A stretch of 64,000 nt of DNA from Pseudomonadales bacterium (GCA_016779325.1 JADHNU010000003.1:14874-78873), one strand, 5' to 3'. Positions 9,609-20,754 are shown, counted from the stretch's first letter. A program made the numbers and translations. The notes: generated by a model not told the origin, from the letters alone.

Positions 9609-10683
9609 GGCGTGCTTCGAAATCCGCCATGAAGGTCACGAGCGCATCAACCGCATCCTGGCCCACGGCGTTGTAAAGGCTCGCCCGCATGCCGCCCACG
9701 CTGCGATGGCCCTTCAAGTTCATGAGCCCCGCCGCTTCGGCTTCGGCCAGGAAGGGCTTGTCTAGGGCCGCATCAGCGAGGGTGAAGGGGACGTTCATCC
9801 ACGACCGGTAGCGGGGATCGACCGGCGCGGTATAGAAATCGGACTGATCGATGGCCGCATAGAGCGTCTTGGCCTTTCGCTCGTTGCGCTCGGCCATCAC
9901 CGAAAGGCCCCCTTGCTGCTCGACCCATTCAAACACCAGGCCTGCCAGATACCAGGCAAAGGTCGGCGGCGTATTGAGCATGGAGTCTTCGTCAGCGAAG
10001 CCCTTCCAGGCCAGCAGCGCGGGAATATCGCCGCGGGCGCGGTCGAGCAAGGCCCGCTTGACGACGACCAGCGTGAGCCCCGCCGGGCCAATGTTCTTTT
10101 GCGCTCCGGCATAGAGGACGTCCCAAGCCTTAACGTCGATGGGCCGGGAGAGAATGGTCGAGGAAAAGTCCCCCACGAGCGGCACGCCACCGGCATCCGG
10201 GGTTTCCAAAAATTCGAGGCCGCCAATGGTTTCATTCGCACATACGTGGAGGTAGGCCGCATCGCTCGGCACCTGCCAGGTGCTGCGCTCAGGAATGGTG
10301 GTGAAATGCTCCCCTTCGCTGCTTGCGGAAACCACCACGCTGGCGTAGCGCTGCGCTTCCTTAATGGCTTTCTTCGACCAGGCGCCGGTATTGACATAGG
10401 CGACGGTTTGCCCAGGCGCGCTTAAATTCAAGGGCACGGCGGAGAACTGCTGGGTAGCGCCTCCCTGAAGGAAGAGCACGGCGTAATCGTCGGAGATGCC
10501 CAGCAAGGACCGGAAACGGGCCTCCGCAGCCTCGGCCACGGCCAGGAACGTCGAACCGCGGTGGCTGACTTCCATGATGGACATGCCCGTGCCCTGGTAA
10601 TCGAGGAGCTCGGCCTGGGCCCGCTCAAGCACGGCCGTCGGCAGGGCCGCCGGCCCGGCGGAGAAGTTAAAAGCGCGGTTCAA
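9601..10683 (-). CDS. serC: 3-phosphoserine/phosphohydroxythreonine aminotransferase
   Basis: 360 aa starting [11 protein letters not shown], with later [12 protein letters not shown] (PLP Lys). It follows gyrA as in Pseudomonas. Confidence 0.95.
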   Translation of the reverse strand: MNRAFNFSAGPAALPTAVLERAQAELLDYQGTGMSIMEVSHRGSTFLAVAEAAEARFRSLLGISDDYAVLFLQGGATQQFSAVPLNLSAPGQTVAYVNTGAWSKKAIKEAQRYASVVVSASSEGEHFTTIPERSTWQVPSDAAYLHVCANETIGGLEFLETPDAGGVPLVGDFSSTILSRPIDVKAWDVLYAGAQKNIGPAGLTLVVVKRALLDRARGDIPALLAWKGFADEDSMLNTPPTFAWYLAGLVFEWVEQQGGLSVMAERNERKAKTLYAAIDQSDFYTAPVDPRYRSWMNVPFTLADAALDKPFLAEAEAAGLMNLKGHRSVGGMRASLYNAVGQDAVDALVTFMADFEARHG

Positions 10684-13280
10684 GGCGTCGTTTCCTCATG
10701 GTTCGGTTGTTCAGGGGGCGTCTCCGTGCCCTCGGCACTGCCCTCTTCGGCATCGTTCTCTTCAATGCGCTCCAGCCCCACGAGCTGTTCGCCGTCCCGG
10801 AGATTGATCAAGCGAACGCCCTGGGTGTTTCGACCCAGCACGGAGATTTCCTCGACCCGGGTCCGCACCAGCGTGCCCTGGTTCGAAATGAGCATGATCT
10901 CATCGCCCTCGGCCACCTGGACCGCTCCGACGACGTCGCCGTTGCGCTCCGTGGTTTGCATGGCAATCACGCCCTGGCCTCCGCGACCCCTCAGCGGGAA
11001 GTCATCGACCCGGGAACGCTTGCCATAGCCATGGGCGCTGGCGGTCAGGATCATCGTGCCCGGATCGGGCACGATGCAGGCGATGATCCGGTGCTTCGCT
11101 TCCAAGCGGGCGCCGCGCACGCCGCGGGCGGTTCGGCCCATGGCGCGGACGTCTGACTCCTTGAAGCGCACCGCCTTACCGGAAGAGGTCAGCAGCATCA
11201 CATCCCGGGTGCCGTCGGTGTAGACCGCGCGCACCAGGTGATTGTCCTCTTCAAGATCGATGGCGATCAGGCCCACGGACCGGGGCCGGGAGAACTGGTC
11301 GATGGGGGTTTTCTTCACCGTGCCATTGGCCGTGGCCATAAAAATGAAGCCTTGGTCTTCGTTCTCGCGCACGGGCAGCAAGGTGGTGATGCGCTCATTT
11401 TCGCCAAGAGGCAGGATATTGATCACCGGGCGACCCCGCGAGGTTCGAGAACCCTGGGGGAACTGGTAGACCTTCAGCCAGTACACCTTGCCGCGGTTGG
11501 TAAAGCACAAAATGGTGTCGTGGGAATTCGCCACGAGCAAATGCTCGACGAAATCCTCTTCATTCACGGACGTCGCGGCCTTGCCCCGCCCGCCCCGGCG
11601 CTGCGCTTCGTAGCTGGTTAGGGGCTGGGCCTTGGCATAACCGCGGTTGGACACGGTCACCACCATGTCCTCTTCCTCGATGAGATCTTCATAGGTGAGG
11701 TCTTCGAAGCTGCCGCGAATCTCCGTGCGCCGCTCGTCGCCGTACTGCTCAAGGATGGCCACGAGCTCTTCCCGAATAACCGCCAGCAGGCGGTTTCGAT
11801 CCTGAAGAATTTCCAGGTAGCCGGCGATTTCTTCCAGCAGGCCCTCGTACTCTTCGATGAGCTTGTCTTGCTCCATGCTCGTAAGGCGGTTGAGCCGGAG
11901 GTCAAGAATGGCCTGCGCCTGCTGGGGCGACAGCCAGTACTGGCCATCATGGAACCCATACTGCGGCTCGAGATCATCGGGCCGGCATGCCTCGGCGCCG
12001 GTCCGCGCCAGAAGCCGACCGACCGTATCGGACGCCCAGCCCCGGCCACAGAGAGCTTCCCGAGCCTCTGCGGGGGTGGGGGACGCCTTAATGAGCGCAA
12101 TCACCTCGTCGATATTGGACAAGGCCACGGCCTGCCCCTCGAGGATATGGCCCCGCTCCCGCGCTTTCCTCAGCAGATAGATGGTCCGGCGCGTCACCAC
12201 TTCCCGGCGGTGGCGCAGGAACGCCTCGAGCATCTCCTTCAGATTCAGAATCTTCGGTTGCCCATCCACCAAGGCCACACAGTTGATTCCGAAAACAGAC
12301 TGAAGCTGCGTTTGGGCGTAGAGGTTATTCAGCACCACCTCACCGGATTCGCCGCGCCGGAGTTCGATGACAACCCGAAGGCCATCCTTGTCCGATTCAT
12401 CACGCAGCTCGCTAATGCCTTCAATACGCTTTTCCTTCACCAGCTCGGCGATCTTCTCGATGAGCCGGGCCTTGTTCAGCATGTAGGGCAGTTCGGTGAT
12501 GAGGATCGTTTCCCGATGGGTTTTCTCATCCACCAGCACTTCAGCCCGGGCGCGCACGTAAATCCGCCCCCGGCCCGTTTTGTAGGCCTGAACGATCCCG
12601 GCGCGACCATTGATGATGCCCGCCGTGGGAAAATCGGGACCGGTGACATAATTCATAAGATCGTCGATAGACAGGCTGTCATCGTCGATGAGGGCAATGC
12701 AGGCGTTGACCACTTCCGTGAGGTTGTGCGGCGGAATATTGGTTGCCATGCCCACGGCAATCCCCGAGGAGCCGTTCACCAAAAGGTGGGGCACGCGGGT
12801 GGGCAACACGGAGGGCATGCTGAGGGTTTCGTCGTAGTTGGCGACGAAATCCACCGTTTCCTTGTCGAGATCGGCAAGCAGGGGCTCGGCCATCTTCGAC
12901 ATGCGCACTTCCGTATAGCGCATGGCCGCCGGGGGATCGCCGTCCACGGACCCGAAGTTCCCCTGCCCATCCACGAGCAGGTAGCGCATGGAGAAATCTT
13001 GCGCCATCCGGACGATGGTGTCGTAAACCGCCGAATCGCCATGGGGGTGGTATTTACCAATCACCTCGCCAACAACCCGCGCCGATTTCATGTAAGGGCG
13101 GTTGTAGCTGTTGTTCAGTTCGCTCATGGCGAACAGCACCCGGCGATGCACCGGTTTCAGACCATCCCGCACGTCGGGAAGGGCCCGACCGACAATCACA
13201 CTCATGGCGTAATCGAGGTAGGACTGACGCAGTTCGTCCTCGATATTGACGGGCAAAACTTCCTTACCAAGCTCTGACAT
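10680..13280 (-). CDS. gyrA: DNA gyrase subunit A
   Basis: 866 aa. QRDR region [30 protein letters not shown], catalytic AAMRYTE, and C-terminal beta-pinwheel repeats. Confidence 0.98.
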   Translation of the reverse strand: MSELGKEVLPVNIEDELRQSYLDYAMSVIVGRALPDVRDGLKPVHRRVLFAMSELNNSYNRPYMKSARVVGEVIGKYHPHGDSAVYDTIVRMAQDFSMRYLLVDGQGNFGSVDGDPPAAMRYTEVRMSKMAEPLLADLDKETVDFVANYDETLSMPSVLPTRVPHLLVNGSSGIAVGMATNIPPHNLTEVVNACIALIDDDSLSIDDLMNYVTGPDFPTAGIINGRAGIVQAYKTGRGRIYVRARAEVLVDEKTHRETILITELPYMLNKARLIEKIAELVKEKRIEGISELRDESDKDGLRVVIELRRGESGEVVLNNLYAQTQLQSVFGINCVALVDGQPKILNLKEMLEAFLRHRREVVTRRTIYLLRKARERGHILEGQAVALSNIDEVIALIKASPTPAEAREALCGRGWASDTVGRLLARTGAEACRPDDLEPQYGFHDGQYWLSPQQAQAILDLRLNRLTSMEQDKLIEEYEGLLEEIAGYLEILQDRNRLLAVIREELVAILEQYGDERRTEIRGSFEDLTYEDLIEEEDMVVTVSNRGYAKAQPLTSYEAQRRGGRGKAATSVNEEDFVEHLLVANSHDTILCFTNRGKVYWLKVYQFPQGSRTSRGRPVINILPLGENERITTLLPVRENEDQGFIFMATANGTVKKTPIDQFSRPRSVGLIAIDLEEDNHLVRAVYTDGTRDVMLLTSSGKAVRFKESDVRAMGRTARGVRGARLEAKHRIIACIVPDPGTMILTASAHGYGKRSRVDDFPLRGRGGQGVIAMQTTERNGDVVGAVQVAEGDEIMLISNQGTLVRTRVEEISVLGRNTQGVRLINLRDGEQLVGLERIEENDAEEGSAEGTETPPEQPNHEETTP

Positions 13281-13484
13281 TCATTACTCGCTTAGGATTT
13301 CCTCGGGCGCCAGGCCCCCCAAAAGCACCCCCAACGCGACGCGCCCGGAGCCAGCGCACAGCTTAACACACCCGCCCCTTTCCGGGGGCGCCAGGAGAGC
13401 GCCTAAGTGCTTGTCTTCGCAGGCGAAGGAAAGGGACTTTGAGCTATACTCGCCGCCCTTTGCCGGCCCGCAAGGAACCGCCTT

Positions 13485-14825
13485 ATGACGACCGCCCCCG
13501 CGGGCTCCCCCCGAGCCGACACCCTCCTCTGCCCCGAGTGGGTCCTGCCCATGACCGATGACGGCCCTTTTTGCCAAAGGGGCTGGGCCGTCGCCCTGGC
13601 GGAGGGCAATATTGCCGCCCTGGGACCGGCCGACGCGCTCAAGGCACGCTGGCCCCAGGCGACGCGGGTCAGCCTGCCTAAGCAGGCCCTACTCCCGGGT
13701 TTTGTGAACGCCCATGGCCACGCCGCCATGAGCCTCTTCCGCGGCTTCGCGGACGATATGCCCCTTGGCCCTTGGCTTGAGGATCGGATCTGGCCCTTAG
13801 AAGGGCGCTACGTGAGCCCGGAATTTGTGGCGGACGGGACGGCCCTGGCCGCCGCGGAGATGCTTCGTGGCGGCACCACGACCTTCAGCGACATGTATTT
13901 CTTCCCCGAGGTGGCCGCCTCCGTGGCCCTGCGCGCGGGGCTGCGCGCTCAACTCTGCTGCCCCCTCATCCAGTTCCCCACGGCCTGGGCCTCGGGACCA
14001 GAGGAAGGCTTTCGCAAAACCCTCGAGCTGCGCGATCAATACCGGGACCATGACCGAATCCAGGTCGCCTTTGGGCCCCATTCGAGCTACGCGCTCTCTC
14101 CAGAACACATGGCCCGGGTGGCCACCCTGGCCGAGGAGCTGGACCTGCCCGTGCAAATCCACCTGCAGGAGACCGCGGCGGAGGTTGAAGAGGCGCTAAA
14201 AACGCATGGCGAGCGCCCCATAGCCAGCCTCGAGCGCTACGGCCTCCTGTCACCGCGGCTTCAAGCGGTGCATCTCACCCAGGTGAGCGACGCGGACCTG
14301 GACCGGCTCCAGCGTTTCAACGTGGCCGTGGTGCATTGCCCCCAGTCGAATCTTAAGCTGGCCAGCGGCTTTGCCCCCGTTGCCCGCTTCCTAAAAGCCG
14401 GTCTCCGAGTTGCCCTGGGCACCGACGGCGCCGCGTCCAATAACGCCCTGTCCATGCTGCGAGAACTGCAGGTGGCGGCGCTCCTGGCCAAGGCGGTCGC
14501 CCAGGATGCGACGGCCCTCCCGGCCCAGGCAGCCCTGCGCATGGCCACCCGGGGCGGCGCGGAGGTGCTCGGCCTGGACCATCGCCTTGGGCGGCTCGAG
14601 GCGGGCTATGAAGCCGACCTCGTGGCCATTAGCCTAGGAGGCCTCGAGGCCCAGCCCGTTTATCATCCGGAGGCGCAGCTGGCCTACAGCGTCGGCGACG
14701 CGGCCGTCCGCCACTGTTGGGTTGGAGGCAAGGCGGTGCTGAAGGACGGCGCCCTAACCACCCTCGACCCCGACGCCCTGACGCGCAGCGCTGCGCGCTG
14801 GCAACACCGCATGGGAGCCGCCTAA
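13485..14825 (+). CDS. mtaD: Amidohydrolase, 5-methylthioadenosine/S-adenosylhomocysteine deaminase-like (TRZ/ATZ family)
   Basis: 446 aa with the metal-binding motif FVNAHGHAAMSLFRG, later VHCPQSNLKLASG and LGTDGAASNN. It lies upstream of ubiG as in pseudomonads. Confidence 0.75.
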   Translation: MTTAPAGSPRADTLLCPEWVLPMTDDGPFCQRGWAVALAEGNIAALGPADALKARWPQATRVSLPKQALLPGFVNAHGHAAMSLFRGFADDMPLGPWLEDRIWPLEGRYVSPEFVADGTALAAAEMLRGGTTTFSDMYFFPEVAASVALRAGLRAQLCCPLIQFPTAWASGPEEGFRKTLELRDQYRDHDRIQVAFGPHSSYALSPEHMARVATLAEELDLPVQIHLQETAAEVEEALKTHGERPIASLERYGLLSPRLQAVHLTQVSDADLDRLQRFNVAVVHCPQSNLKLASGFAPVARFLKAGLRVALGTDGAASNNALSMLRELQVAALLAKAVAQDATALPAQAALRMATRGGAEVLGLDHRLGRLEAGYEADLVAISLGGLEAQPVYHPEAQLAYSVGDAAVRHCWVGGKAVLKDGALTTLDPDALTRSAARWQHRMGAA

Positions 14826-15520
14826 TGGCCCAGGAAAACGTCGATCCCCAGGAGCTCGCTAAGTTTGAGGCCATGGCCCATCGCTGGTGGGATCCGGAGG
14901 GCGAATTTCGCCCCCTCCATGACCTCAACCCCGTGCGCTGCCAGTGGATTGCGGAGCGGGCGGCCCTGGCCGGAGCGAAGCTTCTCGACGTGGGCTGCGG
15001 CGGCGGTTTGGTGTCGGAAGCCATGACGCGCTACGGCGCCGAGGTAACGGGCCTGGACGCCGCCGAGGGCCCCCTTACGGTGGCGCGCCTCCACGCCTTG
15101 GACGCGGGCCTTAGCATTCGCTACGTCCATAGCACGGTGGAGGCCCTCGCCGCCGAGGAAGGGCCCTTCGACGTCATCACCTGCCTCGAAATGCTTGAGC
15201 ACGTGCCCGAGCCCGGCGCTGTTCTGGCGGCCTGCGCCGAGCGTCTTGCGCCGGGCGGGCAGCTCTTTGTATCGACCCTGAATCGCTCCCCGAAGGCCTG
15301 GCTCCTGGGCGTGGTGGGCGCCGAGTACGTCCTCAATCTGCTGCCCCGCGGCACCCATGAATACGAAAAGTTCCTCCGGCCGTCGGAGCTTGCCGCCCTG
15401 GGGCGGAAAGCCGGTCTCCAGCTCCGGGCCCTGGCCGGGCTTCACTACGACCCCCTGCGCCGCAAAGCCTGGGTCAATGACCGGGCAGACGTGAACTACC
15501 TTATGCACTTCAGCCGGTGA
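14825..15520 (+). CDS. ubiG: Ubiquinone biosynthesis O-methyltransferase
   Basis: True start MAQENVDPQELAKFE...WWD (ATG 14825, TAATG overlap with the mtaD stop). SAM motif LLDVGCGGGL. Confidence 0.92.
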   Translation: MAQENVDPQELAKFEAMAHRWWDPEGEFRPLHDLNPVRCQWIAERAALAGAKLLDVGCGGGLVSEAMTRYGAEVTGLDAAEGPLTVARLHALDAGLSIRYVHSTVEALAAEEGPFDVITCLEMLEHVPEPGAVLAACAERLAPGGQLFVSTLNRSPKAWLLGVVGAEYVLNLLPRGTHEYEKFLRPSELAALGRKAGLQLRALAGLHYDPLRRKAWVNDRADVNYLMHFSR

Positions 15521-15530
15521 GCCCCTCGTA

Positions 15531-16301
15531 ATGGAAACTCTCAGCAGCTTCAACCCCGCCGCCGACCTTTTGAAAGACCGGGTCATTGCCATCACCGGTG
15601 CGACGGAGGGCATTGGTCGGGCTGTGGCGAAGAGCTTCGCGGCGCACGGCGCAACGGTCATCGCCCTAGCCCGGAGCCTTGAGCGCCTCGAAAGCCTCTT
15701 TGATGAAATTGTGGGCGCCGGCCATCCCGAGCCGATTTTGCAACCCACGGACCTCGAAGGTTTTCGTGCCGATCATGCCCAACAGTTAGCTCACGCCATA
15801 GGCAACCAGTTCGGACGCCTCGACGGCTTACTCCATAACGCCAGCCTCCTGGGCCCGCGCCTGCCCCTAAGCCACTACGATCCCGCCGCCTTTTCCCGGC
15901 TCATGACCGTGAATCTTGAGAGCGCCTTTTTACTCACGCAGGCGGCGCTTCCTCTACTTGAGGAAGGGACCGATCCCTTGGTGCTCTTCACCGCGTCCGG
16001 TGTGGGACGGAAGCCCCGCGCCTACTGGGGCGCCTATGCGGTGAGCAAGGCTGCCACGGAGGCGCTGATGCAGCTTTTCGCCGATGAGGGGGAGAATCTG
16101 TCCAAAATTCGCTTTGCTACCCTCAATCCCGGAGGGACGCGGACGAACATGCGGGCGCAGGCCTATCCCGGAGAGGATCCCATGACCTTGCCCACGCCGG
16201 AGGCTTTACTGCCAGCCTATCTGTGGTGCTTTGGCGCAAGCCGGAACGCCGTCCTGAGCGGGGCGGCGCTAGACGCCCGCGCCCTGCTGGGCCTCGCCTA
16301 G
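15531..16301 (+). CDS. yciK: YciK-family SDR oxidoreductase
   Basis: ITGATEGIGRA, RLDGLLHNA, WGAYAVSKAATEAL and NPGGTRTNMRA give a close pattern match to E. coli YciK as I recall it. Confidence 0.85.
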   Translation: METLSSFNPAADLLKDRVIAITGATEGIGRAVAKSFAAHGATVIALARSLERLESLFDEIVGAGHPEPILQPTDLEGFRADHAQQLAHAIGNQFGRLDGLLHNASLLGPRLPLSHYDPAAFSRLMTVNLESAFLLTQAALPLLEEGTDPLVLFTASGVGRKPRAYWGAYAVSKAATEALMQLFADEGENLSKIRFATLNPGGTRTNMRAQAYPGEDPMTLPTPEALLPAYLWCFGASRNAVLSGAALDARALLGLA

Positions 16302-16321
16302 GCCCTCGGCAACCCGCCGCC

Positions 16322-17143
16322 CTAAACCAGGCCGGGATAGGGCACGAGCAACTTAGACTTGCCCAGGCGCCCGCGCTGCCCAGGAATAGCCGGAATGGGC
16401 AACTTCAGCATGCGATAGAGCGCTTCAATTTCCTGGGGGTAGAGCTCCATCCAACGGCCCGAGAGCACGGTGGAGGGCAACACAACGGGCCCAAAGCGCA
16501 CCCGCTTCAAGCGGCTGACCTCAAGCCCCTGCGACTCCCACAAACGCCGGACCTCCCGATTCCGCCCCTCCATCAGGGTAACGTGATACCAGCGGTTGGT
16601 GCCTTCTCCCCCGTAATACTGGACATCGGAGAAGCGCGCCTGGCCGTCTTCCAGCATCACCCCCTTCCGCAGGCGGTCCAGCACGAGTTCATCGACTTCA
16701 CCATGCACCCGAACCGCGTACTCTCGGTCAATCTCCTGCGAGGGGTGCATCAAACCATGGGCTAGGGCCCCATCCGTGGTGAAAAGAAGCAAGCCACTCG
16801 TGTTGTAATCGAGGCGCCCCACCGCCACCCAACGCCCACTTTTCAAGCGCGGCAAGCGGTCGAAGCAGGTGGGCCGGCCTTCCGGATCCTTACGGGTGCA
16901 CAGCTCCCCCACGGGCTTGTTATAGAGCAGCACGCGGATATCCGGCGCTTGATCGTCGGCCCGGCCGAGGAGCTTGCCATCGACTTCTATGCGATCCCTG
17001 GGACCCACGCGACGACCCAACTCCGCCGCCTCGCCATTCACCCGAACGCGGCCGTCGGCAATCCAGCTCTCGAGCTCCCGCCGAGACCCGAGGCCCGCAC
17101 GGGCGAGCACCTTTTGTAGCTTCTCCGATCCCAGTTCGGTCAC
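16322..17143 (-). CDS. rluB: 23S rRNA pseudouridine synthase B (RsuA/RluB family)
   Basis: S4 domain (KLQKVLARAGLGSRRELESWI..GRVRVNG) and catalytic GRLDYNTSGLLL. It lies downstream of scpB. Confidence 0.9.
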   Translation of the reverse strand: MTELGSEKLQKVLARAGLGSRRELESWIADGRVRVNGEAAELGRRVGPRDRIEVDGKLLGRADDQAPDIRVLLYNKPVGELCTRKDPEGRPTCFDRLPRLKSGRWVAVGRLDYNTSGLLLFTTDGALAHGLMHPSQEIDREYAVRVHGEVDELVLDRLRKGVMLEDGQARFSDVQYYGGEGTNRWYHVTLMEGRNREVRRLWESQGLEVSRLKRVRFGPVVLPSTVLSGRWMELYPQEIEALYRMLKLPIPAIPGQRGRLGKSKLLVPYPGLV

Positions 17144-17862
17144 GCGCTGGGCGCTCCTTCGTTATGTTCGCTATCGTTAGGGTGCTCGCTAGCTGGCGCC
17201 GCGGCGACGGTGTCCCGCTCAAAGGCCCCAGGGTCTTCGATACCCAGCACGGCCTCCAGGGGAACGGACTCTACGGGGGCTTCCGCTTCCAGCCCCTCGA
17301 GGGGCAAACCTAGAGATTTTGATAACTGCTCAAGATCGCGGATTTCCGCCAGGGGCGGCAGCGCATCGAGACTCTTCAAGTTGAAGTAGTCAAGGAAGGT
17401 GCGGGTGGTGCCATAGAGCGCAGGGCGCCCGGGGACATCTCGGTGCCCAAGAATACGAATCCAGTCCCGCTCGAGTAGGGTTTTGATGATGTTTGAGGAC
17501 ACCGCAACGCCGCGAACGTGTTCGATGTCCCCGCGGGTGAGGGGCTGCTGGTAGGCAATCAGCGCGAGGGTTTCCAGAAGCGCGCGGGTATAGCGGGCGG
17601 GGCGCTCGTCCCACAGCCGACTCACCCAGGGGGCGAGCTGCTCCCGAACCTGAATACGCCAGCCCGACGCCACTTCCTTTAGCATCAAGCCCGTGCTGGC
17701 ATAGCGCGCCTCTAGCGCTGCCAGCGCCTCTCGCACCTGCCCCTTTTCCACCGCATCATCAATTTGGAATAGGGCCATGAGCCGATCAAGGGAGACCGGC
17801 TCCCCAGCGGCCAGCAGGGCCCCCTCCACAATATTTTCAAGCAACTCCGCCGGCATCGTCAC
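17140..17862 (-). CDS. scpB: SMC-Scp complex subunit ScpB
   Basis: Winged-helix repeats (ALLETLALIAYQQPLTRGDIEHVRGV). 4-bp overlap with rluB; it follows scpA. Confidence 0.9.
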   Translation of the reverse strand: MTMPAELLENIVEGALLAAGEPVSLDRLMALFQIDDAVEKGQVREALAALEARYASTGLMLKEVASGWRIQVREQLAPWVSRLWDERPARYTRALLETLALIAYQQPLTRGDIEHVRGVAVSSNIIKTLLERDWIRILGHRDVPGRPALYGTTRTFLDYFNLKSLDALPPLAEIRDLEQLSKSLGLPLEGLEAEAPVESVPLEAVLGIEDPGAFERDTVAAAPASEHPNDSEHNEGAPSA

Positions 17863-17874
17863 GATGGCAGTCTC

Positions 17875-18723
17875 CTAGCTTGCGTGGGCCCGAGCCCGCA
17901 CGTGGATCGGGGCAAAGGGCTCGCTTTGCACGATTTCAATGAGCGATTCCTTAATCAGCTCCATGATGGCCAGGAAGGTCACCACGACGCCCAAGCGCCC
18001 TTCCTCGGCCTTGAAGAGGCTCTGAAAGGGAATGAAATGGGTGCTGGAAGACACCGCCTTCAGCACGTCGCCCATGCGCTCCCGGGTGGACAGGGCTTCA
18101 AAGCTGATTTTATGACCCTGAAACATTTCCGCCCGCCGAAGCACCTCGGAAAAGGCCAGCAGGAGCTCCTTCAACTCGACCTCGGGCAGGGGCCGCTGCC
18201 GATCCATGGGCGGCGGGGTCGCACTGCCTGGGAAGACGTCCCGGTCGACCCGCGGAAGGGTATCGAGCTCCTCGGCTGCTTGCTTGAAACGCTCGTACTC
18301 CTGCAGGCGGCGGATGAGCTCCGCCCGGGGGTCTTCCCCTTCTTCCGCATCCTCAAGCTGGGGCCGGGGCAACAGCATGCGCGATTTGATTTCCGCCAGC
18401 ATGGCGGCCATCACCAGATACTCCGCCGCGAGCTCAAACTGCAGGGCATGCATGAGCTCAACATACTGCATGTACTGATGCGTAATCTCCGCGACCCGGA
18501 TTTCAAGAATATCCAGATTCTGCCGGCGAATCAGATAGAGCAGGAGGTCGAGAGGGCCTTCGAAGGCCTCGAGGAAGACCTCCAGCGCATCGGGGGGAAT
18601 GTAGAGATCCTTCGGCAATTCCGTAACGGTTTTGCCTTCCACAATGGCGAAGGGAAACTCTTCCTGAGCCTGTCCCGCTGCCCGGAGGGTCTCAAGGCGT
18701 TTGCCGCCCTCCCCTTCGCTCAC
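17875..18723 (-). CDS. scpA: Segregation and condensation protein A (kleisin)
   Basis: 282 aa with FEGPLDLLLYLIRRQNLDILEI; conserved trpS-scpA-scpB order. Confidence 0.9.
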   Translation of the reverse strand: MSEGEGGKRLETLRAAGQAQEEFPFAIVEGKTVTELPKDLYIPPDALEVFLEAFEGPLDLLLYLIRRQNLDILEIRVAEITHQYMQYVELMHALQFELAAEYLVMAAMLAEIKSRMLLPRPQLEDAEEGEDPRAELIRRLQEYERFKQAAEELDTLPRVDRDVFPGSATPPPMDRQRPLPEVELKELLLAFSEVLRRAEMFQGHKISFEALSTRERMGDVLKAVSSSTHFIPFQSLFKAEEGRLGVVVTFLAIMELIKESLIEIVQSEPFAPIHVRARAHAS

Positions 18724-19934
18724 CGGTGCACAAGCCCCATGGCCGAACGGACTTCTTCGAGGGTGTCCCGCGCCATATCGCGGGCGTGCTCCACCCCCTC
18801 ATTAATGATGGCCTTGACCAGCTCCGGTTGCTCCTCGTAGCGCCGAGCCCGATCACGCATTCCACTCTGCTCGGCGCGAATCGTATCGATCAGGGGCTTT
18901 TTACAATCGAGACAGCCAATGCCCGCCGTCTTACAGCCGTCGACCACCCAGCGCTTCGTGCTGTCATCGGAGTAAAGCTCGTGGAGCCCCCAAACCGGGC
19001 AATTCGCGGGATCGCCGGGGTCGTTACGGCGTACCCGAGCCGGATCGGTCTTCATGGTCCGAACCTTTTGCTCCACCACCTCCGGGGCCTCTCGCAAGCT
19101 GATGGTGTTGCCATAGCTTTTCGACATCTTCTCGCCGTCGAGGCCGGGCACCTTCGGCGTTTCCGTAAGCAACGCGTCGGGTTCGGGAAGAATAAGCTTG
19201 CCGCCCCCTTCGAGGAAGCCAAAAAGCCGCTCCCGGTCGCCGATGGATAAATTCTGCTGTTCCCCCAGCAAGGCCCGCGCCCGTTCCAGCGCTTCCTCGT
19301 CACCGCGCTCCAGGTAGGCCTTGCGCAAATCCCCGTAGAGGCGCTGGGCCTTCTTGCTCATCTTCTTTACGGCGGCCTCGGCGGCCTCTTCAAAGCCTGG
19401 CTCCCGGCCATAGATGAAGTTGAAGCGGCGCGCCACTTCCCGGGTGAGCTCCACATGGGCGACCTGGTCAGCCCCGACGGGGACATGCCCTGCCCGATAG
19501 ATCAGGATGTCCGCAGCCTGCAAAAGGGGATAGCCGAGGAAGCCATAGGTGGCAAGATCCCGCTCTCGGAGCTTCGCTTGCTGATCCTTGTAGCTGGGCA
19601 CCCGCTCAAGCCAGCCGAGGGGGGTAATCATGGATAGGAGCAGGTGGAGCTCCGCATGCTCCGGGACCCGCGATTGCACAAAGAGGGTGGCGGAGCCTGG
19701 ATTCACACCCGCGGCCAGCCAGTCAATCACCGTATCCCAGGTGCTTTGTTCAATTTCGTAGGGGTTCTCATAGTGGGTGGTGAGCGCGTGCCAATCCGCG
19801 ACGAAGAAGAAGCACTCATATTCGTGCTGCAGCTTCACCCAATTTTTCAGGACGCCGTGATAGTGCCCTAAATGTAAACGTCCTGTCGGACGCATGCCGG
19901 ACAGCACGCGTCGATCCCAGTCCCCCGTGGCCAA
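18720..19934 (-). CDS. trpS: Tryptophan--tRNA ligase (long form with C-terminal Cys-rich motif)
   Basis: HIGH-type LHLGHYHG and KMSKS. At 404 aa it is longer than the roughly 330-aa canonical bacterial enzyme and carries C-x21-C-x6-C-x2-C (CPVWG...DGCKTAGIGCLDC). Confidence 0.93.
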   Translation of the reverse strand: MATGDWDRRVLSGMRPTGRLHLGHYHGVLKNWVKLQHEYECFFFVADWHALTTHYENPYEIEQSTWDTVIDWLAAGVNPGSATLFVQSRVPEHAELHLLLSMITPLGWLERVPSYKDQQAKLRERDLATYGFLGYPLLQAADILIYRAGHVPVGADQVAHVELTREVARRFNFIYGREPGFEEAAEAAVKKMSKKAQRLYGDLRKAYLERGDEEALERARALLGEQQNLSIGDRERLFGFLEGGGKLILPEPDALLTETPKVPGLDGEKMSKSYGNTISLREAPEVVEQKVRTMKTDPARVRRNDPGDPANCPVWGLHELYSDDSTKRWVVDGCKTAGIGCLDCKKPLIDTIRAEQSGMRDRARRYEEQPELVKAIINEGVEHARDMARDTLEEVRSAMGLVHR

Positions 19935-19984
19935 ATGCGAAACCCCTTATGCTGGGTTGGCGCGACGTGCGCCCACCGCCGTGA

Positions 19985-20635
19985 TCATAGCAAAGCCTCA
20001 GCGCTTCCCGGACCGCCGACAATTGCCGAGGCGTCGCCCAAGCCCTGGCGAAGCAACACCGGCTCCACCCCAGTGAAATCCACCACCGTGCTGGGCTCGA
20101 GACCGCAGAAGCCGCCATCAATCACCAGATCCACAGCGTGCTGAAGCAACTCTCGGATATTCCAGGGATCGGTCTCCGGACCGGACTCCCCGGGGAGCAC
20201 CAAGCTGCAGGACATGAGCGGTTCGCCGAGCTCCGCCAGCAGGGCCTGAGCAATGGGATTGGAGGGGACGCGTAGGCCGATGGTGCGCCGCTTCGGATGC
20301 ATCAGGCGCTTGGGCACCTCCCGCGTCGCCGGAAGAATGAACGTAAAGGGCCCGGGCGTGTGGGCTTTCAGGGATCGAAACACCGTATTGTCTACCCGGG
20401 CGTAGGTTGCCAGTACGGACAGATCGGGGCAGACCAGAGTGAAGTTATGATCGCGGTCCATATCCCGGATGCGCACGATGCGTTCGAGGCCGTCCTTGTT
20501 CTCAAGGCGACAGGCGAGGGCGTAGGCCGAATCGGTTGGATAGGCCACCACCCCGCCCCGGGCAATGATCTCCACGGCCTGCTTGATGAGTCGGGGTTGG
20601 GGATTATCCGGATGCACGGAAAAGAATTGCGCCAT
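19985..20635 (-). CDS. yciO: YciO/Sua5/YrdC-family (L-threonylcarbamoyladenylate synthase-like) protein
   Basis: 216 aa with VVAYPTDSAYALAC and a later RRTIGLRVP pattern. It is adjacent to trpS as in Pseudomonas. Confidence 0.85.
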   Translation of the reverse strand: MAQFFSVHPDNPQPRLIKQAVEIIARGGVVAYPTDSAYALACRLENKDGLERIVRIRDMDRDHNFTLVCPDLSVLATYARVDNTVFRSLKAHTPGPFTFILPATREVPKRLMHPKRRTIGLRVPSNPIAQALLAELGEPLMSCSLVLPGESGPETDPWNIRELLQHAVDLVIDGGFCGLEPSTVVDFTGVEPVLLRQGLGDASAIVGGPGSAEALL

Positions 20636-20754
20636 AGCACTTGCCTCGGGCCCGGCCTAAGAAGAAACGCCGCGGGTAATCCGCTATTATGACGACCCAA
20701 CGGCGCCGGCCTCAAGGCCGCCCGAGCACGACGCACCACGGAAAGGGGCCGCCC

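Noticed and set aside
11868-13277. Very long antisense ORFs opposite clear genes. Examples: 469 aa opposite gyrA; also 3945-4970 opposite rpsA, 38534-39805 opposite dcd/apbC, 29163-30050 opposite mnmC, 58232-59077 opposite the protease, and 62094-62870 opposite the P450.
   Set aside because: High GC content keeps antisense frames open. Their products are R/G/P/A/H-rich with no recognisable motifs, while the opposite strand encodes unmistakable conserved proteins. I treat them as compositional artefacts. Only ribosome profiling could argue otherwise.
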